Assembly: GCA_025964555.1 (NCBI GenBank)
Contig: JAOPYQ010000028.1
Span: 11,754-75,753, forward strand
Length of the DNA: 64,000 nt
Direction of reading: 5' to 3'
From: Thermoleophilia bacterium
GTDB taxonomy: Bacteria; Actinomycetota; Thermoleophilia; Gaiellales; SKUG01
Under the pieces are notes generated by a model. That model was not told the origin of the DNA and made no database searches. It saw only the letters and a list, made by a program, of their open reading frames with translations. A program made the translations under genes and the position numbers. How positions within the stretch are numbered: position 1 is the stretch's first letter; every line of letters begins with the position of its first letter. This document shows, one piece after another, positions 11,894-23,973 of the stretch.

Positions 11894-12290
11894 CACCTGC
11901 GGTCGACACCCGACCCGCCCTCGTCGGCGTGACGATCTACTCGTCGCGTCCCGACGTGCTCGCGGCGTTCTACGCGAAGGTGCTCGTGACGTCGCTCGAC
12001 GGCGGGGTCGACCACGTGAGCGGCGAGGCGATGTTCCGCACGCAGCTCGACGGCCTCGAGTTCGAGGTCATCGGATCGTCGGCGGTCCTCGGGGCCGGCA
12101 GCATCCAGCCGTCGGTGCAGGTGCCGGACGTCGCGTCGGCCGTGCAGCGGGCACTCGACGCAGATGGCAGCGTACACCTGGGCGTTGCCGACCACGACTG
12201 GGGCACGTTCGCGATCGTCGTCGACCCCGATGGCAATCGACTCGGGCTCTACGCACCCGTCTACAACTCCGACACGGAGGGACAGGCCTG

Positions 12291-12291
<1 letters not shown>
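11890..12291 (+). CDS. VOC (glyoxalase / bleomycin-resistance / dioxygenase fold) family protein inserted inside the atp operon.
   Basis: In-frame GTG at 11890 overlaps the atpA stop (GTGA). Its TGA (12289-12291) shares one nt with the atpG ATG. The product is 133 aa: '[22 protein letters not shown]...' at the N-terminus and '[20 protein letters not shown]' at the C-terminus, the typical VOC beta-alpha-beta-beta-beta ending. Confidence 0.7.
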
Positions 12292-14671
<2,380 letters not shown>

Positions 14672-14672
14672 C

Positions 14673-15095
14673 ATGGCGTCGACGTACCAGCTCTTCCCCG
14701 TCAAGGTCGTCACGCCTGAAGGCGTGCTGTTCGACGGCGAGGTCCGCGAGCTCGAGGTCACCTCGGTCTCCGGCGGCATGGGCATCCTCGCTCGCCGCGC
14801 GCCGGTCGTCGCCGACCTGAAGCTCGGGCAGGTGCGTGCCGAGCTCGAGGACGGCACGTGGAAGACGTGGGCGACCGAGGAGGGCTTCGTCCAATCGTCC
14901 AACTCGACCGCCACCGTCGTCGTCGAGGACGCGATCGCGCTCGAGGACGTCACCGCGGCTGCCGCTGCGGAGCTCGTCTCCGAGGGCAAGGCCAAGCTCG
15001 ACGCCGCGGGCGACGACGAGGCCGATGCGAAGGCGGCCCGTCGCGAGATCGCATGGGGCGAGCACCTCGCCGCATTCAAGCACCAGCACGGCTGA
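14673..15095 (+). CDS. atpC: F0F1 ATP synthase subunit epsilon.
   Basis: 140 aa, starts 1 nt after the atpD stop. 'VKVVTPEGVLFDGEVRELEV' is the typical epsilon beta-sandwich N-terminus. Confidence 0.9.
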   Translation: MASTYQLFPVKVVTPEGVLFDGEVRELEVTSVSGGMGILARRAPVVADLKLGQVRAELEDGTWKTWATEEGFVQSSNSTATVVVEDAIALEDVTAAAAAELVSEGKAKLDAAGDDEADAKAARREIAWGEHLAAFKHQHG

Positions 15096-15119
15096 CGCTC
15101 GCGTCACACCAGCTCTGAC

Positions 15120-15153
15120 GAGGCCCTCGACCGGATGTCCGGACGGGGGCCTC
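15120..15153. terminator. Bidirectional terminator-like hairpin between convergent atpC and the PGPGW gene.
   Basis: gaggccc (15120-26) pairs with gggcctc (15147-53). Inner pairs c28-g45 and g29-c44, then ccgg/ccgg around an atgt loop, give an imperfect stem of about 14 bp, followed by tctcgtt. Confidence 0.5.
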
Positions 15154-15170
15154 TCTCGTTCGTCGGGCAG

Positions 15171-15725
15171 CTAGGCGGAGCGCACGTCGTCGTCCGGATC
15201 GCTCTCGAGCTCGGGCTCCAGGTCGCTCAGGCGGCGTCGCTCGCCGGTGTCCGGTGCAGCATCCAGGCGGCGATCGGCCCAGAGGCCCCACAGCTCGGGA
15301 TCCTCGTCGATCCACTCCTGCTTGGGTCCGCCACGGAGCTTCGCGTGCAGGCGGCGCAGGTAGGGGATCGTCTCGTCCTCCACGCGGTCCATCACGAGCG
15401 CCGCGCGTCGCCACTCGCTCGCGACCAGCAGCGCTCCCGGGATGGCGAAGATGACGAAGCCCGGACCCGGCAGCCAGCCGATCGCGACGCCCGTCAGGAT
15501 GAGGACCACACCCGAAGTCACGCGGATCGGGCGCTTGAGTGGATGGTGGCGACCGGCAAGGCGTTCCGCGCGGCGCTGCTCGTACCGCTCGAGGAAGCGG
15601 CGCCGGCGACGACGCGCTCGCACCCACATCGTGGGGCGGTCACCATCGCGGGGACGACGATCACGGCGCGCACCGTCGCGCACACGTCGATCGATGGTGC
15701 CGTCGTCCTCCTCCACGCGCACCAT
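15171..15725 (-). CDS. PGPGW-domain transmembrane protein (unknown function).
   Basis: 'VVLILTGVAIGWLPGPGFVIFAIPGALLVA' matches the PGPGW putative-TM family motif. The flanks are highly charged. Confidence 0.6.
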   Translation of the reverse strand: MVRVEEDDGTIDRRVRDGARRDRRPRDGDRPTMWVRARRRRRRFLERYEQRRAERLAGRHHPLKRPIRVTSGVVLILTGVAIGWLPGPGFVIFAIPGALLVASEWRRAALVMDRVEDETIPYLRRLHAKLRGGPKQEWIDEDPELWGLWADRRLDAAPDTGERRRLSDLEPELESDPDDDVRSA

Positions 15726-15799
15726 GATGGCAGCCGGATCGGCTGCACGCTACGGGAACCTACTGGTACCGTAATGCGATCAAACGACTGGAGCGCCCC

Positions 15800-16342
15800 G
15801 TGGCACGTCCCCCATCGATCGATCCCCTGGCAGCTGCCGAGCGTGCAGGAGTGCGCATCCGCGCCGCGGAACCGTCCGACGTTCCCGCGATCAGCGCGAC
15901 GATGTCCGATCCCGGCGTCATCCACGGCACGCTCCAGGTGCCCTTCACCTCCGAGGCGCGGCGCGCAGAGCAGTTCACGTTCACGGACCTGCACACCGTC
16001 TTCCTGGCTGCCGTGCCGCTCGAGGGTGGCGATGCAATCGGCAACATCGGCCTGCACCGCAACACGCGCCCCCGACGCATCCACACCGCCGCGCTCGGGA
16101 TGAGCGTGCGCGACTCGTGGCAGGGGCGAGGGGTCGGCACGGCGCTGCTCGCCGCGGCGCTGGACGTCGCCGACAACTGGTGGCAGGTGCGGCGCGTGCA
16201 CCTGGAGGTCTACTCCGACAACGAGCCCGCGATCGCGCTGTACCGCAAGTTCGGGTTCGAGGTCGAGGGGACGCTCCGGCAGGACGCCTTCCGGGCCGGC
16301 GAATACGTCGACTCGCTGACGATGGCTCGCCTGCGCGACTGA
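15800..16342 (+). CDS. GNAT-family N-acetyltransferase.
   Basis: 'WQGRGVGTALLAAALDVA' (Q/RxxGxG/A acetyl-CoA motif) and 'AIALYRKFGFEVEG'. GTG start. Confidence 0.85.
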   Translation: MARPPSIDPLAAAERAGVRIRAAEPSDVPAISATMSDPGVIHGTLQVPFTSEARRAEQFTFTDLHTVFLAAVPLEGGDAIGNIGLHRNTRPRRIHTAALGMSVRDSWQGRGVGTALLAAALDVADNWWQVRRVHLEVYSDNEPAIALYRKFGFEVEGTLRQDAFRAGEYVDSLTMARLRD

Positions 16343-16379
16343 CGGCGGCCAACGTGTCCTGCGCGAGCGGACGGGAACC

Positions 16380-18089
16380 ATGTCGGGGATGGCACGAACA
16401 GATGCACCCTCCCGGACCGACGTGACCCGCGCGTTGGAACACCTCGCGTCCGCGCTTCGCGACACCACGCTGACGCTCCCCACGCCGCTCGCGACCGAGG
16501 CCGAGCGGGTGCGCATCCAGCTGCTCGAGCAGCTCGAGGACTACGTGCTTCCGCGACTTGGCCAGATGGAGGCGCCACTGCTCATGGTGGTCGGCGGCTC
16601 CACCGGCGCCGGCAAGTCGACCCTCGTCAACAGCCTGGTCGGGGAGGACGTCACCGCCTCCGGCGTGCTGCGGCCCACCACGCGCGCCCCGGTGCTGGCA
16701 TGCCACCCTGACGACCTGCCGTGGTTCGCCGATGACCGGATCCTGCCGAGCTTCCCACGCACGAGTGGCGGTTCGGCCGGCGCAGGCGGCCTGCAGCTCG
16801 TGCCGACCGAGCGACTCCCGCAGGGGATCGCGCTGCTCGACGCGCCCGACATCGATTCGGTGGTCGAGACCAACCGGGTCCTGGCGACCCAGCTGCTCGG
16901 CGCGGCGGACTCGTGGCTGTTCGTCACGACGGCGGCTCGGTATGCGGATGCGGTGCCGTGGGACCTGCTCGAGGCAGCACGTGAACGAGGGACGACCCTG
17001 TCACTCGTGCTCGACCGCGTCCCCGTAGATGCAGCGGACGACATCCGCGACCACCTCGTCACGATGCTGGACGAGCGCGGGCTCGCCGACACGCCGGTCC
17101 TCGTGGTCCCCGAGGTGCAGCTCGAAGATGGTCGGCTGCCTGCCGGGGCGCTCGGACCGGTGCGGGCGTGGCTCGACGACCTCGCGGCCGACGCACATGC
17201 CAGGGAGGGCGTGGTCGAACGTACCCTCGCTGGAGCGCTCAGGAGCATTCCCGGTCGCGTCACCGTCGTGCACGATGCAATCACCGAGCAGGACCGCCTG
17301 CGCGCCGAGCTCGCGACGCAGGTCGAGCGGGCCTACGCGACTGCCCTCGCCGCTGTCGACGAGACGGTGCGCAGCGGTGCGCTGCTGCGAGGCGAGGTGC
17401 TGGCCCGCTGGCATGACGTGATCGGCACCGGGGACCTGATGCAGGCGCTCGAGTCGCGGATCGGTCGATTCCGGGATCGCGTCCGGGCATTCGTCTCCGG
17501 CACCGCTCCCGCGGAATCCGAGCTCAAGGCGGCAGTCGTCACGGGCGTCGACGCGGTCGTGATCTCGGCTGCGGACGCCGCCGCCGAGCGCGCCGCCGAT
17601 GCCTGGCGAGCCACTGCGGCAGGTCGATCACTGCTCGATCACGGACGCAGGCTCGACGCCGCCTCCCCCGGGCTCGTCGCGCGGATCGCCGACGAGGTCC
17701 GCGCATGGCAGGGCGAGGTGCTCGAACTCGTGCGCGAGGAAGGTGCGGGCAAGCGCGCCACCGCGCGACTCGCGTCCTTCGGCATCAACGCGACCGGGCT
17801 GACCGTGATGATCGCGGTGTTCGCGAGCACCGGCGGGCTCACCGGCGCGGAGGTCGTCGTCGCGGGCGGCACGTCTGCCGTTGGACAGAAGGTCCTGGAG
17901 GCCGTGTTCGGCGACCAGGCCGTGCGCACGCTCGCCGAGCGCGCCCGCGTGCGCCTCATGGAACGGGTCGGGTCGATCATGGACACCGAGGCCGAGCGCT
18001 TCGCCGCCGTGCTCGACGCGGTCGTCCCGCCGAGCGTCGCTTCCCCCGCGCTCGCTGCGGCGAGTGCAGAGCTGGCGGCAACGCGATGA
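16380..18089 (+). CDS. P-loop GTPase, bacterial dynamin-like / MMR_HSR1-type (soluble partner).
   Basis: G1 'VVGGSTGAGKSTLVNSLVG', 'LLDAPDIDSV', and a long helical C-terminal region. Coupled by ATGA to the next gene. Confidence 0.6.
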   Translation: MSGMARTDAPSRTDVTRALEHLASALRDTTLTLPTPLATEAERVRIQLLEQLEDYVLPRLGQMEAPLLMVVGGSTGAGKSTLVNSLVGEDVTASGVLRPTTRAPVLACHPDDLPWFADDRILPSFPRTSGGSAGAGGLQLVPTERLPQGIALLDAPDIDSVVETNRVLATQLLGAADSWLFVTTAARYADAVPWDLLEAARERGTTLSLVLDRVPVDAADDIRDHLVTMLDERGLADTPVLVVPEVQLEDGRLPAGALGPVRAWLDDLAADAHAREGVVERTLAGALRSIPGRVTVVHDAITEQDRLRAELATQVERAYATALAAVDETVRSGALLRGEVLARWHDVIGTGDLMQALESRIGRFRDRVRAFVSGTAPAESELKAAVVTGVDAVVISAADAAAERAADAWRATAAGRSLLDHGRRLDAASPGLVARIADEVRAWQGEVLELVREEGAGKRATARLASFGINATGLTVMIAVFASTGGLTGAEVVVAGGTSAVGQKVLEAVFGDQAVRTLAERARVRLMERVGSIMDTEAERFAAVLDAVVPPSVASPALAAASAELAATR

Positions 18090-19744
18090 GCGCCACGCTC
18101 ACCGACCGACTCGTCGCCCTGCGCAGCGCGGCGGACCTCGCAGCGGATCGCGTCGATCCCACCCCGGTCGAACGGGCCGCGGCGGTCGTTGCGCGAGCAG
18201 GCGCACGCCTCGATCTCGGCCTGGAGGCCACCGTCGTCGCGCTCGCCGGGCCGACCGGCGCGGGCAAGTCGTCGCTGTTCAACGCGTTGGCCGGTGAACC
18301 GCTCGCCGATCCGGGACACCGCCGCCCGACGACGTCGACGGCCACCGCCGCCATATGGGGCGACGAGGTGGCCGACGACCTGCTCGACTGGCTCGACGTG
18401 CCACGGCGGCATCGCCTGGCCGGCTCACCCGAGGGACTCGTGCTGCTCGACCTGCCCGACTTCGATTCGGTCGCAGCCGCCCACCGCCACGAGGCCGACC
18501 GTGTGATCGAGCTTGCGGACCTCGTCGTCTGGGTCGTGGATCCGCAGAAGTACGCGGATGCCGTGCTCCACGATCAGTACCTGCGACCGCGAGCGGGACG
18601 GTCCGACACGATGCTCGTCGCGCTCAACCAGGCCGACCGGCTCGATCCCGCGTCCCGCAGCGCCTGTCTCGCCGACCTGGACCGGCTCGTCGCCGACGAC
18701 GGTCTCGCCGGCACGCCGATCCTCGCCGTGTCGGCCACCGATGGCACCGGCATCGACGAGCTGCGCGCGGAGATCGCCCGGCGTGTGCAACACCGCGAAC
18801 AGGCGCTCGACCGCATCGCCGCCGACGCGCACGTCGCTGCGCTCGAGCTCGCTGCCGCCGTGGGCACCGATGGACTGCCTGGCGATGTCGGACGACATCA
18901 GCTCGACGCGCTCGCGGCGTCCCTCTCGGAAGCCGCGGGAGTCCCGACCGTGGTTCGCGCGGTCCGTGCGGCCCATCGACGACGTGGCGCGCTCGCGACG
19001 GGATGGCCGATCGTGCGCGGACTGCGTCGCCTGCGCCCGGATCCGCTGCGGCGACTGCGCCTGGACCGACGGACCGATTCGACCGGCGAGGAATCCACGC
19101 GTCGCACCTCCCTGCGCCCGGCGACGCCCGTGCAGCGAGCACAGGCCGACAACGCGGCTCGCCAGCTCGCGTCCCACGCGGCGGGCACACTGTCCGACCC
19201 GTGGCCACGCCACCTGCGTCTCGCCGCGTCGTCGAGCGAATCGCAGCTGCACGAACGGCTCGACGCAGCAGTGGCGGGCACCGACCTGCACCTGCGCGAG
19301 CCGCTGTGGTGGAAGCTCGTCGGCGCGCTCCAGTGGCTGCTGCTCGTCGCGTCGATCATCGGGGCGCTCTGGCTGCTCGCGCTCGCCGCCCTCGGGTTCC
19401 TGCACCTGGACCAGCTCGTGCCGACGCCGGAGCTGGAACAGCTCCCTGTTCCGACGCTGCTCGCGGTGGGGGGCGCGCTGGCGGGCATGCTCGTGGCGCT
19501 CGTGGCCGGGTGGTGCAACCGACTCGGAGCAGCCCGTCGAGCCCGGACCGCCGAACGTGAGTTGCGGCGCCAGGTTCGCGCCGTCGGGATGGAGCTCGTC
19601 GTGGCGCCCGTCGAACGTGAGCTGCAGTCACGATCGGCGCTGCTCCACGAGCTGTCGATCGCGTCCGGAACCGGCACGTCGCGACGAGCCGGGCGCCGCG
19701 GGCGAGGTCGTGCCGCGCCTCCGCTGGCCGGCAGCCGCAGCTAG
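18086..19744 (+). CDS. P-loop GTPase, dynamin-like, with a C-terminal transmembrane hairpin.
   Basis: ATG at 18086 overlaps the upstream TGA. G1 'LAGPTGAGKSSLFNALAG', 'LLDLPDFDSV', 'LNQADRL' (NxxD/G4-like). Two C-terminal hydrophobic helices: 'LVGALQWLLLVASIIGALWLLALAALGFL' and 'LLAVGGALAGMLVALVAGW'. Confidence 0.6.
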   Translation: MSATLTDRLVALRSAADLAADRVDPTPVERAAAVVARAGARLDLGLEATVVALAGPTGAGKSSLFNALAGEPLADPGHRRPTTSTATAAIWGDEVADDLLDWLDVPRRHRLAGSPEGLVLLDLPDFDSVAAAHRHEADRVIELADLVVWVVDPQKYADAVLHDQYLRPRAGRSDTMLVALNQADRLDPASRSACLADLDRLVADDGLAGTPILAVSATDGTGIDELRAEIARRVQHREQALDRIAADAHVAALELAAAVGTDGLPGDVGRHQLDALAASLSEAAGVPTVVRAVRAAHRRRGALATGWPIVRGLRRLRPDPLRRLRLDRRTDSTGEESTRRTSLRPATPVQRAQADNAARQLASHAAGTLSDPWPRHLRLAASSSESQLHERLDAAVAGTDLHLREPLWWKLVGALQWLLLVASIIGALWLLALAALGFLHLDQLVPTPELEQLPVPTLLAVGGALAGMLVALVAGWCNRLGAARRARTAERELRRQVRAVGMELVVAPVERELQSRSALLHELSIASGTGTSRRAGRRGRGRAAPPLAGSRS

Positions 19745-19747
19745 CCG

Positions 19748-21394
19748 TCAGTCGGCCTTCATGCCGCGCAGTGCATCGCGCAGGACGGCGTGCTGGCGGA
19801 TTGCAGCAGCCTGCTCGGGTTCGAGGCCCAAGCCGAACGCCGCGTTGGCCGACGAGACGCCGGTCGCCTGGTAGCGATGGCCGACCTCGTACCAGAGGCC
19901 AGGCTCCTTCGGCATGTCGATGCCGAAGTCGCCGAACGCGTTGATCGCGCTCATCACCGGGATGAACGGTCGTCCCTCCTGCGTGCTCGGCGGCACGAGG
20001 AGACCCTGCAGGCCGACACGCAGCGGATCGTTGCGGTGCATGAGCATCGTCACGTCTGGAGCCGGTGCGCCCGAGGCGGCGAGCTCGTCGAGCTGGGCGC
20101 CCGAGTAGGCGATCACACCCGCCTGCTCCCCGCGCGCAAGTCGTCCCGCAAGCGCGCGGGATTCGCGCCGCAGGGCGGGCGAGCCTTCGAGCAGCACGTG
20201 CTGCACGCCGTTCGCCTTGAGCGCGTCGATGCCGAGCTCCACGGGCGACAGCGCGCCGTAGCACAGTGCACTCAGCAGGAACTCAGGTCGCTCCTCGGGC
20301 GGGAGCGCCTGGATGCGCTCGTTGAGGCCCTTCACGACGAGGTCGAGGGTGCGCTGCGCCTGCGGCACCTTGTGCAGCACGAAGTACGGCTCGGTCTGCG
20401 ACGTCTGCGTCATGAGCGTGATCACGTTGCCGCGCCGCGCATGCTCGACGGTGAGCGGCACGACCTCGTCGGTGTCGCCGATGGCTGCGGGCGAGACGAC
20501 GTGGATCGTGCCGTACTTGATGCCGCCCGCCGCGTCGAAGCGCTCAAGCATGAGCGCCGCGCGCGCCTCGGGGGTCTTCGCTTCCTTGGCGGCGACGACC
20601 AGTCGGCGTGGGGTCGCGATCGGATCGAGTCCGCTCGTCGCCCGGATGTCCTCGGGAGTGGCGACGCCGCGCAGGAACGTGCGGCCCGTACCGATCCGCT
20701 TCCAGGAGTTCGCGTCGGTGCCCGGCAGCTGCTCGAACAGCTGCTTCGCCGCCCCGCTCCGCGCCGCGTTGTCGGCGGACGCCAGCTCGGGCGTCCACGC
20801 GGCGAGGTCGTCCGCACTCGGCGTGACGGTCCGCAGCGCCGCCTCCGCGACGTTCGGGGCACCTCGGAACCCGCCCTTGAGCGCGAGCACGCCGAGCACG
20901 GCTGCGCTTCCTGCAGCGCCCACGATGAGCCCCGCGCCGGCCTTCGAATCGAGGATCGGCAGGTCTGCCCGGTCGACCGCTTCGGTCGCGGCCACGGCGC
21001 CGCCACCGACCGCGGCGATCGTGCCGAGCGAGGTGACCACGCGGCCGGCATCGCGCATCGAACCGATGCCCGGCACGTGTCGACCGATGACGGCCGTCAC
21101 GAGCCCTGCTGCGCCGACGAGCAGTCCGCCCTGCACGGCGTCGCCGCTACCGACGAGGTCAGCTGCAGGCGCGGCGATGAGGTTGCCGGCACCGAATCCC
21201 ACGAGACCGGCGATGGCGGTGACGGCCGCCTGGCGACCCAGCCCCTTCGCGTAGGCGGCAGGCATGAAGCTCGTCGCGGCCGCGGCAGTGCCCACGGCGA
21301 TGCCGGTGGCGAGGCGCGAGGCGCCTTCCTCCTCGGGCGGGCGGGCGTCCGCAGACGCGCGCACTGCTCCGACCTGTGGTCCGACCTTGGTCAT
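19748..21394 (-). CDS. Membrane-associated protein, probably the alpha/beta-hydrolase-9-like family (Gly-rich TM N-terminus plus globular C-terminus). Tentative.
   Basis: The N-terminal third is Gly/Ala-rich hydrophobic ('AVTAIAGLVGFGAGNLIAAPAADLVG', 'GAGLIVGAAGSAAVLGVLAL'). The C-terminal part ('MLMHRNDPL...FIPVMSAINAFGDFG...EVGHRYQ') resembles what I recall of the uncharacterised Abhydrolase_9 family. No clean GxSxG; the closest pentapeptide is 'ALCYG'. Confidence 0.4.
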   Translation of the reverse strand: MTKVGPQVGAVRASADARPPEEEGASRLATGIAVGTAAAATSFMPAAYAKGLGRQAAVTAIAGLVGFGAGNLIAAPAADLVGSGDAVQGGLLVGAAGLVTAVIGRHVPGIGSMRDAGRVVTSLGTIAAVGGGAVAATEAVDRADLPILDSKAGAGLIVGAAGSAAVLGVLALKGGFRGAPNVAEAALRTVTPSADDLAAWTPELASADNAARSGAAKQLFEQLPGTDANSWKRIGTGRTFLRGVATPEDIRATSGLDPIATPRRLVVAAKEAKTPEARAALMLERFDAAGGIKYGTIHVVSPAAIGDTDEVVPLTVEHARRGNVITLMTQTSQTEPYFVLHKVPQAQRTLDLVVKGLNERIQALPPEERPEFLLSALCYGALSPVELGIDALKANGVQHVLLEGSPALRRESRALAGRLARGEQAGVIAYSGAQLDELAASGAPAPDVTMLMHRNDPLRVGLQGLLVPPSTQEGRPFIPVMSAINAFGDFGIDMPKEPGLWYEVGHRYQATGVSSANAAFGLGLEPEQAAAIRQHAVLRDALRGMKAD

Positions 21395-21477
21395 AGTCCC
21401 GTGTTCCCCCGGCGCACGTGCCCCTCAGCACGTCGTCACCTGACCATCGGGTACGGGTCGCCCGCCGTTTCGGGCAA

Positions 21478-22731
21478 TCACCCTGTGGTGGAGCCGTCCT
21501 GGACCTGCTCGGCGCCGACCTCAGCCTCAGCTCCGCCGAGTTCGCTCATGCGGCGGTTGCGCTCGCGCACCCGTCGGCTCTTGATGATCTCGAGCCGGAC
21601 CGCGAGCAGGACCGTCACGGACACGGCCCCGAACACCACGATGGCGAGCACGACGAGGCCCTCGCGGTTCCAGTGGTTGGAGTTGCCGTAGTCCACGAAC
21701 CGCAGTGCCAGCGCCACCGAGCTCATGGCAGTCGTCCACGCCCAGAGCGTCGCCGCCACGCGACGTGGCGACAGGCCGACGTTGAGGAGCCGGTGGTGCA
21801 GGTGCCAGCGATCGGGATGGGCGATCGACACGCCGTGCTTGAGTCGCTTGAGCACCACGAAGGACGTGTCCATGATCGGCACCGCCAGCAGCGCGAGTGG
21901 GATCGCCAGGCTGATCGCGGCGGTCGTCTTGAGCACGCCCTGCACGCTGATCACCGCGAGCAGGAACCCGAGCAGCATCGAGCCGCTGTCGCCCATGAAG
22001 ATCCGCGCTCCGCCCCTGCGCCAGTTGTGCGGCAGGAAGCCGACAGCGGCGCCGCTTGTCGCTGCCGCGAGCACCGCCACGCCGATGCGGCCGTAGCTCG
22101 CGGCGATGATGGCGAACGTCGCCGCGATGATCGCCGCCTGACCGGCAGCCAGACCGTCGACCCCGTCGATGAAGTTGAGCATGTTCATCACGGCCACGAT
22201 CCACAGCACCACGAGTCCGACGCCGATCACGATCGGCAGCTGGAACGGGTGCAGGAACGGCAGGTCGATCACGTTCACCACGAGCGGCGCATGGGCTGCC
22301 CGGAGGCCCTCGGGCAGCTGGAACGCCGGCGCGATCACGACGGCGGTCGCCACGCACACCTGACCGAGCAGCTTCGGCTGCCACGACAGCTCGCGGATGT
22401 CGTCGATCGCACCGAGCACGCAGATCGCGAACGCGCACACGAGCGTCACGACCAACTGGCGCTGGTTGAGCAGCGCCAGTCCGCCGACACGCTCCCAGTC
22501 GACGAACACGATCGTGGCCGTCAGCAGGGCCACCAGCATCGCCACGCCACCCAGCAGCGGGGTGGTCTGGGTGTGCACGCGCCGCTCGTCGGTCGGGGCG
22601 TCCACCACGCGTTCGCGCAGCGCGAGCCACCGCACGACCGGCACGAGCGCGAACGACAGGGCCAGTGCGGTCGCGAACGCCCACCAGCCCGGTCGGTATG
22701 CGGGATCGAACAACCCCTCCATGTCCCGCAT
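21478..22731 (-). CDS. wecA: UDP-GlcNAc:undecaprenyl-phosphate GlcNAc-1-phosphate transferase (WecA/Rfe/TagO; GT4 MraY-like).
   Basis: 'LGAIDDIRELS', 'NFIDGVDGLAAG', 'FLPHNWRRGGARIFMGDSGSMLLGFLLA' and 'DRWHLHHRL' are MraY/WecA signatures. The start is either 22731 (MRDMEG...) or 22722. Confidence 0.85.
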   Translation of the reverse strand: MRDMEGLFDPAYRPGWWAFATALALSFALVPVVRWLALRERVVDAPTDERRVHTQTTPLLGGVAMLVALLTATIVFVDWERVGGLALLNQRQLVVTLVCAFAICVLGAIDDIRELSWQPKLLGQVCVATAVVIAPAFQLPEGLRAAHAPLVVNVIDLPFLHPFQLPIVIGVGLVVLWIVAVMNMLNFIDGVDGLAAGQAAIIAATFAIIAASYGRIGVAVLAAATSGAAVGFLPHNWRRGGARIFMGDSGSMLLGFLLAVISVQGVLKTTAAISLAIPLALLAVPIMDTSFVVLKRLKHGVSIAHPDRWHLHHRLLNVGLSPRRVAATLWAWTTAMSSVALALRFVDYGNSNHWNREGLVVLAIVVFGAVSVTVLLAVRLEIIKSRRVRERNRRMSELGGAEAEVGAEQVQDGSTTG

Positions 22732-22797
22732 GTTACGGGGCCGCCCGGCGTCGTGGATACCGGCTGGACCCTCGACCGCCCCGCACCTCACCCTGCC

Positions 22798-23316
22798 ATG
22801 CTCTCCCGTCGCCTCATCCTCGCTCCTGTCATCGCGCTCGGCGCCATGGTGCTCGTGGGCGCCATCATCGATTCGGGCGAGCGCGCGCGCATGGCCCGCG
22901 CGGACGGGCTCACGCAGCTGTCGGTGCCCGCCGACCCGGCGCTCGCCACGGAAGCGCGACGCGTGCGCCAGGCGGCCACCGCTGCGGAGCGCTGCAGCGG
23001 CACGGCCGCGTGCACGGCGGAGGTCACGAGCGCGCGCGTGCGCGACGCAGCGCACGAGATCGACCGCTGGCCGGCGGATCGACGCTTCCAGCTCGTGCGC
23101 GCGACCCTGCGCACGCAGCTGCTCACCCAGGCCGCGCTCATCGAGCAGCGCACGGCCAGCGATGTCGATGGCCGCTCGACCTATGCGACTCGCGCGCGTC
23201 TGCGCGACCTCGAGCACCAGCTCGACGATGCGACGCTCGACGCCGCCCGCGCCCAGCGCTCAGCCGGGCTCCTGAGCCGCGCCGCGTTCGACGCGCTCGT
23301 GGAAGACCTTACGTAG
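22798..23316 (+). CDS. Hypothetical membrane-anchored protein.
   Basis: ATG at 22798. N-terminal TM 'LILAPVIALGAMVLVGAII', then a helical Ala/Arg-rich domain. The stop abuts the convergent upp stop. Confidence 0.4.
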   Translation: MLSRRLILAPVIALGAMVLVGAIIDSGERARMARADGLTQLSVPADPALATEARRVRQAATAAERCSGTAACTAEVTSARVRDAAHEIDRWPADRRFQLVRATLRTQLLTQAALIEQRTASDVDGRSTYATRARLRDLEHQLDDATLDAARAQRSAGLLSRAAFDALVEDLT

Positions 23317-23973
23317 TCACTTTGTGCCGAACAGTCGATCGCCGGCGTCGCCGAGGCCGGGCACGATGTAGCCCTTCTCGTTGAGCTTCTCGTCGATCCC
23401 GGCGACGATGATGTCGACGTCCGGGTGGTCCGCCTGTAGCCGCGCGATGCCTTCCGGCGCGGCGAGGATCGCGAGCAGCTTGATGTGCACCGCGCCCGCT
23501 GCCTTGACCTTGTCGACCGCGACCGTCACCGATCCGCCGGTGGCGAGCATCGGGTCGAGCAGGAACACGTTGCGGTGCTCCAGGTCCTCCGGCAGCTTCT
23601 CGTAGTACGTGACCGGCTCGAGGGTCTCCTCGTCGCGATACAGGCCGATGTGGCCGATCTTCGCGACCGGGATCATGCGCAGCACGCCGTCGACCATGCC
23701 CAGGCCCGCGCGCAGGATCGGCACGACCGCGACCTTCTTGCCGCTCACCGCGGTGCCGATCATGGACGTCAACGGCGTCTCGATCTCGTACGGCTCGGTC
23801 TCGAGATCCTTGGTCGCCTCGTACGTGAGCAGGTTCGCGAGCTCCTCCACCAGCGAGCGGAACTGCGCGGTGTCGCAGTCCACGCTGCGCAGCAGCGTCA
23901 GCTTGTGGCGAACGAGCGGGTGGTCGACCTCGATGACCTTGCCGGTCGCGACGGGTGCGGGGGCCTGCGTCAT
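23317..23973 (-). CDS. upp: Uracil phosphoribosyltransferase.
   Basis: '[16 protein letters not shown]', '[14 protein letters not shown]', '[12 protein letters not shown]', '[16 protein letters not shown]'. The ATG overlaps the glyA stop (ATGA). Confidence 0.95.
   Translation of the reverse strand: MTQAPAPVATGKVIEVDHPLVRHKLTLLRSVDCDTAQFRSLVEELANLLTYEATKDLETEPYEIETPLTSMIGTAVSGKKVAVVPILRAGLGMVDGVLRMIPVAKIGHIGLYRDEETLEPVTYYEKLPEDLEHRNVFLLDPMLATGGSVTVAVDKVKAAGAVHIKLLAILAAPEGIARLQADHPDVDIIVAGIDEKLNEKGYIVPGLGDAGDRLFGTK

Noticed and set aside
19748-21394. Ser-to-Cys nucleophile substitution ('ALCYG') in the Abhydrolase_9-like protein.
   Set aside because: The family assignment itself rests on my memory of C-terminal motifs, and I cannot align the nucleophile elbow reliably by eye. 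This is too weak to report as a finding without a profile alignment.
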